From an uncultured Dehalococcoidia bacterium (GTDB taxonomy: Bacteria > Chloroflexota > Dehalococcoidia > Lucifugimonadales > Australimonadaceae), in NCBI GenBank assembly GCA_958295525.1, contig OY282355.1, forward strand, positions 1,784,394 to 1,848,393: 64,000 nt of DNA. Reading direction: 5' to 3'. The position numbers were made by a program, and so were the translations under genes. A model generated the notes under the pieces. The model had not been told where the DNA came from, made no database searches, and saw only the letters and a program-made list of their open reading frames with translations. Below, one piece after another: positions 62,605 through 64,000 of this stretch (positions are counted from its first letter, which is position 1; each line of letters begins with the position of its first letter).

Positions 62605-62626
62605 TCGCCCCAGACGGGCGGCGCAA

Positions 62627-62655
62627 TTGCCCGCGCCCCGCGAATCTGCTATATT
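62627..62655 (+). promoter_or_regulatory. Candidate sigma70-type promoter of the membrane-protein gene
   Basis: TTGCCC (62627-62632), 17-nt spacer, TATATT (62650-62655), then an AGGAGG RBS and the ATG at 62689. The whole block is duplicated at 63807-63870. Confidence 0.4.
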
Positions 62656-62688
62656 CCCCGCCATCCCTGCCCAGTTAGGAGGCCGGAG

Positions 62689-63432
62689 ATGTACAACCTG
62701 AACTTCTACGGGGAGCATGTGCTCCTTCAGGTCAGCCACTGGCACGAAGTCGCCGGTTTGCTGATCGTGGCGGTGATGCTCATTCGCCGCAAAGACCACG
62801 TTCTGCGGCTGTTCGGCCAAGCGGTGGCCGGTCTCGCCATTTTCAGGCTCGTCTGGGCGATTTCCTCGACCATCGGATTCGAGAGCACCCTTGGGTCCGA
62901 CTCGGCGGGAATCGCCTGGGTCGCCTTCTTCGCAGTTCCGATGAGCATCGCCATCCTGCTCGCCTTGCGCGTCGGAGCCGAGGACGGAACGCCCCGCGCG
63001 CGGGCGCTGGTCGTCGCGAGCGGAATCGCCCTCATCATCATCGCGGCCCTCGTCCGTTTCGTCTTTCCCTACGAAGGCGAATTCGGGGCGACCCACCCAA
63101 TCTCGACCACCATAGTCGTGTTCCTTTTCGCGGGCTCGTTCGTCATCGCGTTGCACACCGTGCTCGCCCACACCAACGGCGTGGGCTACGGCATTCTCTT
63201 CGAATCCGCGTTCGCCGTGCTCGTCATCGGCGTGGCCATTGAGTTCATCGCCGCATCCGCGGGCGCGTCCCCCACCGGCGAGCACACCGACTCCTCGGAA
63301 CTCATCCGCGTCGTCACCGACGTGATCACCAGCGTGATGGCCCTTGTGCTCTGGGTCTCCGTCGTCGTCCACGAACTCGCCGAGAGCAAACGCGAACGCA
63401 ATCCGCGCGGCGAAACGCCGTCCGCTTCATAG
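62689..63432 (+). CDS. Hypothetical polytopic membrane protein (247 aa)
   Basis: MYNLNFYGEHVLLQVSHWHEVAGLLIVAVMLI... with about 7 hydrophobic segments and an AGGAGG RBS. Confidence 0.6.
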   Translation: MYNLNFYGEHVLLQVSHWHEVAGLLIVAVMLIRRKDHVLRLFGQAVAGLAIFRLVWAISSTIGFESTLGSDSAGIAWVAFFAVPMSIAILLALRVGAEDGTPRARALVVASGIALIIIAALVRFVFPYEGEFGATHPISTTIVVFLFAGSFVIALHTVLAHTNGVGYGILFESAFAVLVIGVAIEFIAASAGASPTGEHTDSSELIRVVTDVITSVMALVLWVSVVVHELAESKRERNPRGETPSAS

Positions 63433-63495
63433 CCGGAAGGAACCGCCCCGAGTTGCAAAATCGGGGCGGTTCTCCTCGCCCCCTGCCCCTGTCCC

Positions 63496-63785
63496 GTCAT
63501 TCCCGCGTAGGCGGGAATCTCGCCTCTTGCCCCTGTCCCGTCATTCCCACGCAGGCGGGAACCCCGCCCCTCGCCCCATGCCGCCGTCCATTTCCCGCGT
63601 AGACGGGAATCTCGCCCCTTTCCCCCAGTCCCGTCATTCCCGCGTAGGCGGGAATCCAGTCGGCGCGCAAGCGCCGGACGAGGCGCGCAGCGCATCGTCT
63701 CATTAGCGCCCCAGGCGCCACGCCCTGACTGCGAAAGCAGGAACCTACTGCCCCCTGTCCCGTCATTCCCGCGCAGGCGGGAATC
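63496..63785. repeat. Repeat cluster (5-6 cores plus composite linker)
   Basis: Cores at 63496-63519, 63540-63563 (degenerate), 63586-63611 (degenerate), 63633-63656 and 63762-63785. The linker matches 2326-2425. Confidence 0.9.
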
Positions 63786-63806
63786 TCGCCCCTGACGGCG
63801 GCGCAG

Positions 63807-63835
63807 TTGGCCGCGCCCCGCGAATCTGCTATGCT
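63807..63835 (+). promoter_or_regulatory. Duplicated copy of the candidate promoter
   Basis: TTGGCC (63807-63812), 17-nt spacer, TATGCT (63830-63835). Confidence 0.35.
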
Positions 63836-63867
63836 CCCCGCCATCCCGTCAAACGAGGAGGCTGGCG

Positions 63868-64000
63868 ATGTACAACCTGAACTTCTACGGGGAGCACGTT
63901 CTCCTTGAGATCAGCCACTGGCACGAAGTCGCCGGCTTGCTGATCGTGGCGGTGATGCTCATTCGCCGCAAAGACCACGTTCTGCGGCTGTTCGGCCAGG
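63868..64000 (+). CDS. Tandem paralog of the 62689 membrane protein (5-prime part; runs off the window)
   Basis: MYNLNFYGEHVLLEISHWHEVAGLLIVAVMLIRRKDHVLRLFGQ is nearly identical to the first 44 aa of 62689..63432. Confidence 0.55.
   Translation, partial: MYNLNFYGEHVLLEISHWHEVAGLLIVAVMLIRRKDHVLRLFGQ

Overview
64-kb, very GC-rich bacterial chromosomal segment. I support about 60 protein genes and 2 tRNAs. The backbone is housekeeping: mutL, gatC-gatA, pfkA, citrate synthase, mnmA, recG, three-domain ligD, dtd, a ugd/GT2/O-antigen-ligase-like envelope cluster, pdxS-pdxT, a ycf45/R3H-type ATPase, tmk, ftsK, tRNA-Val, tRNA-Met(CAT), MFS transporters, methylmalonyl-CoA epimerase plus a B12-binding subunit, and yebC-ruvC-ruvA. 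The gene set (archaeal-type purO, pdxST, long RecG, ycf45-like ATPase) weakly suggests a Chloroflexota-like lineage; this is inference only.

Two things stand out. (1) A palindromic repeat family (core GTCATTCCCGCG-YAGG-CGGGAATC) has at least ~35 copies. They fill many intergenic regions and form higher-order tandem arrays with periods of 52-54, 67-68 and 112-114 bp. One array looks like a CRISPR and sits next to a Cas4-like nuclease gene, but I do not believe it is a CRISPR. (2) Several small accessory islets look more AT-rich by eye and carry nuclease or methylase-type genes:
- an orphan phage terminase large subunit;
- two paralogous PD-(D/E)xK-like genes flanking a secreted RCC1-repeat protein, with near-identical leaders;
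- a NucS/DUF4268-like plus Cas4-like nuclease pair;
- a 973-aa candidate nuclease-methyltransferase-TRD fusion followed by a truncated metallophosphoesterase stub;
- a small-protein/HTH pair co-directional with ligD;
- a two-gene insert between yebC and ruvC.

There are also recent tandem duplications: EamA transporters with chimeric junctions, a membrane-protein gene with its promoter, and MFS paralogs. All functional calls rest on motifs read from the supplied translations. No database search, GC calculation or folding calculation was possible.
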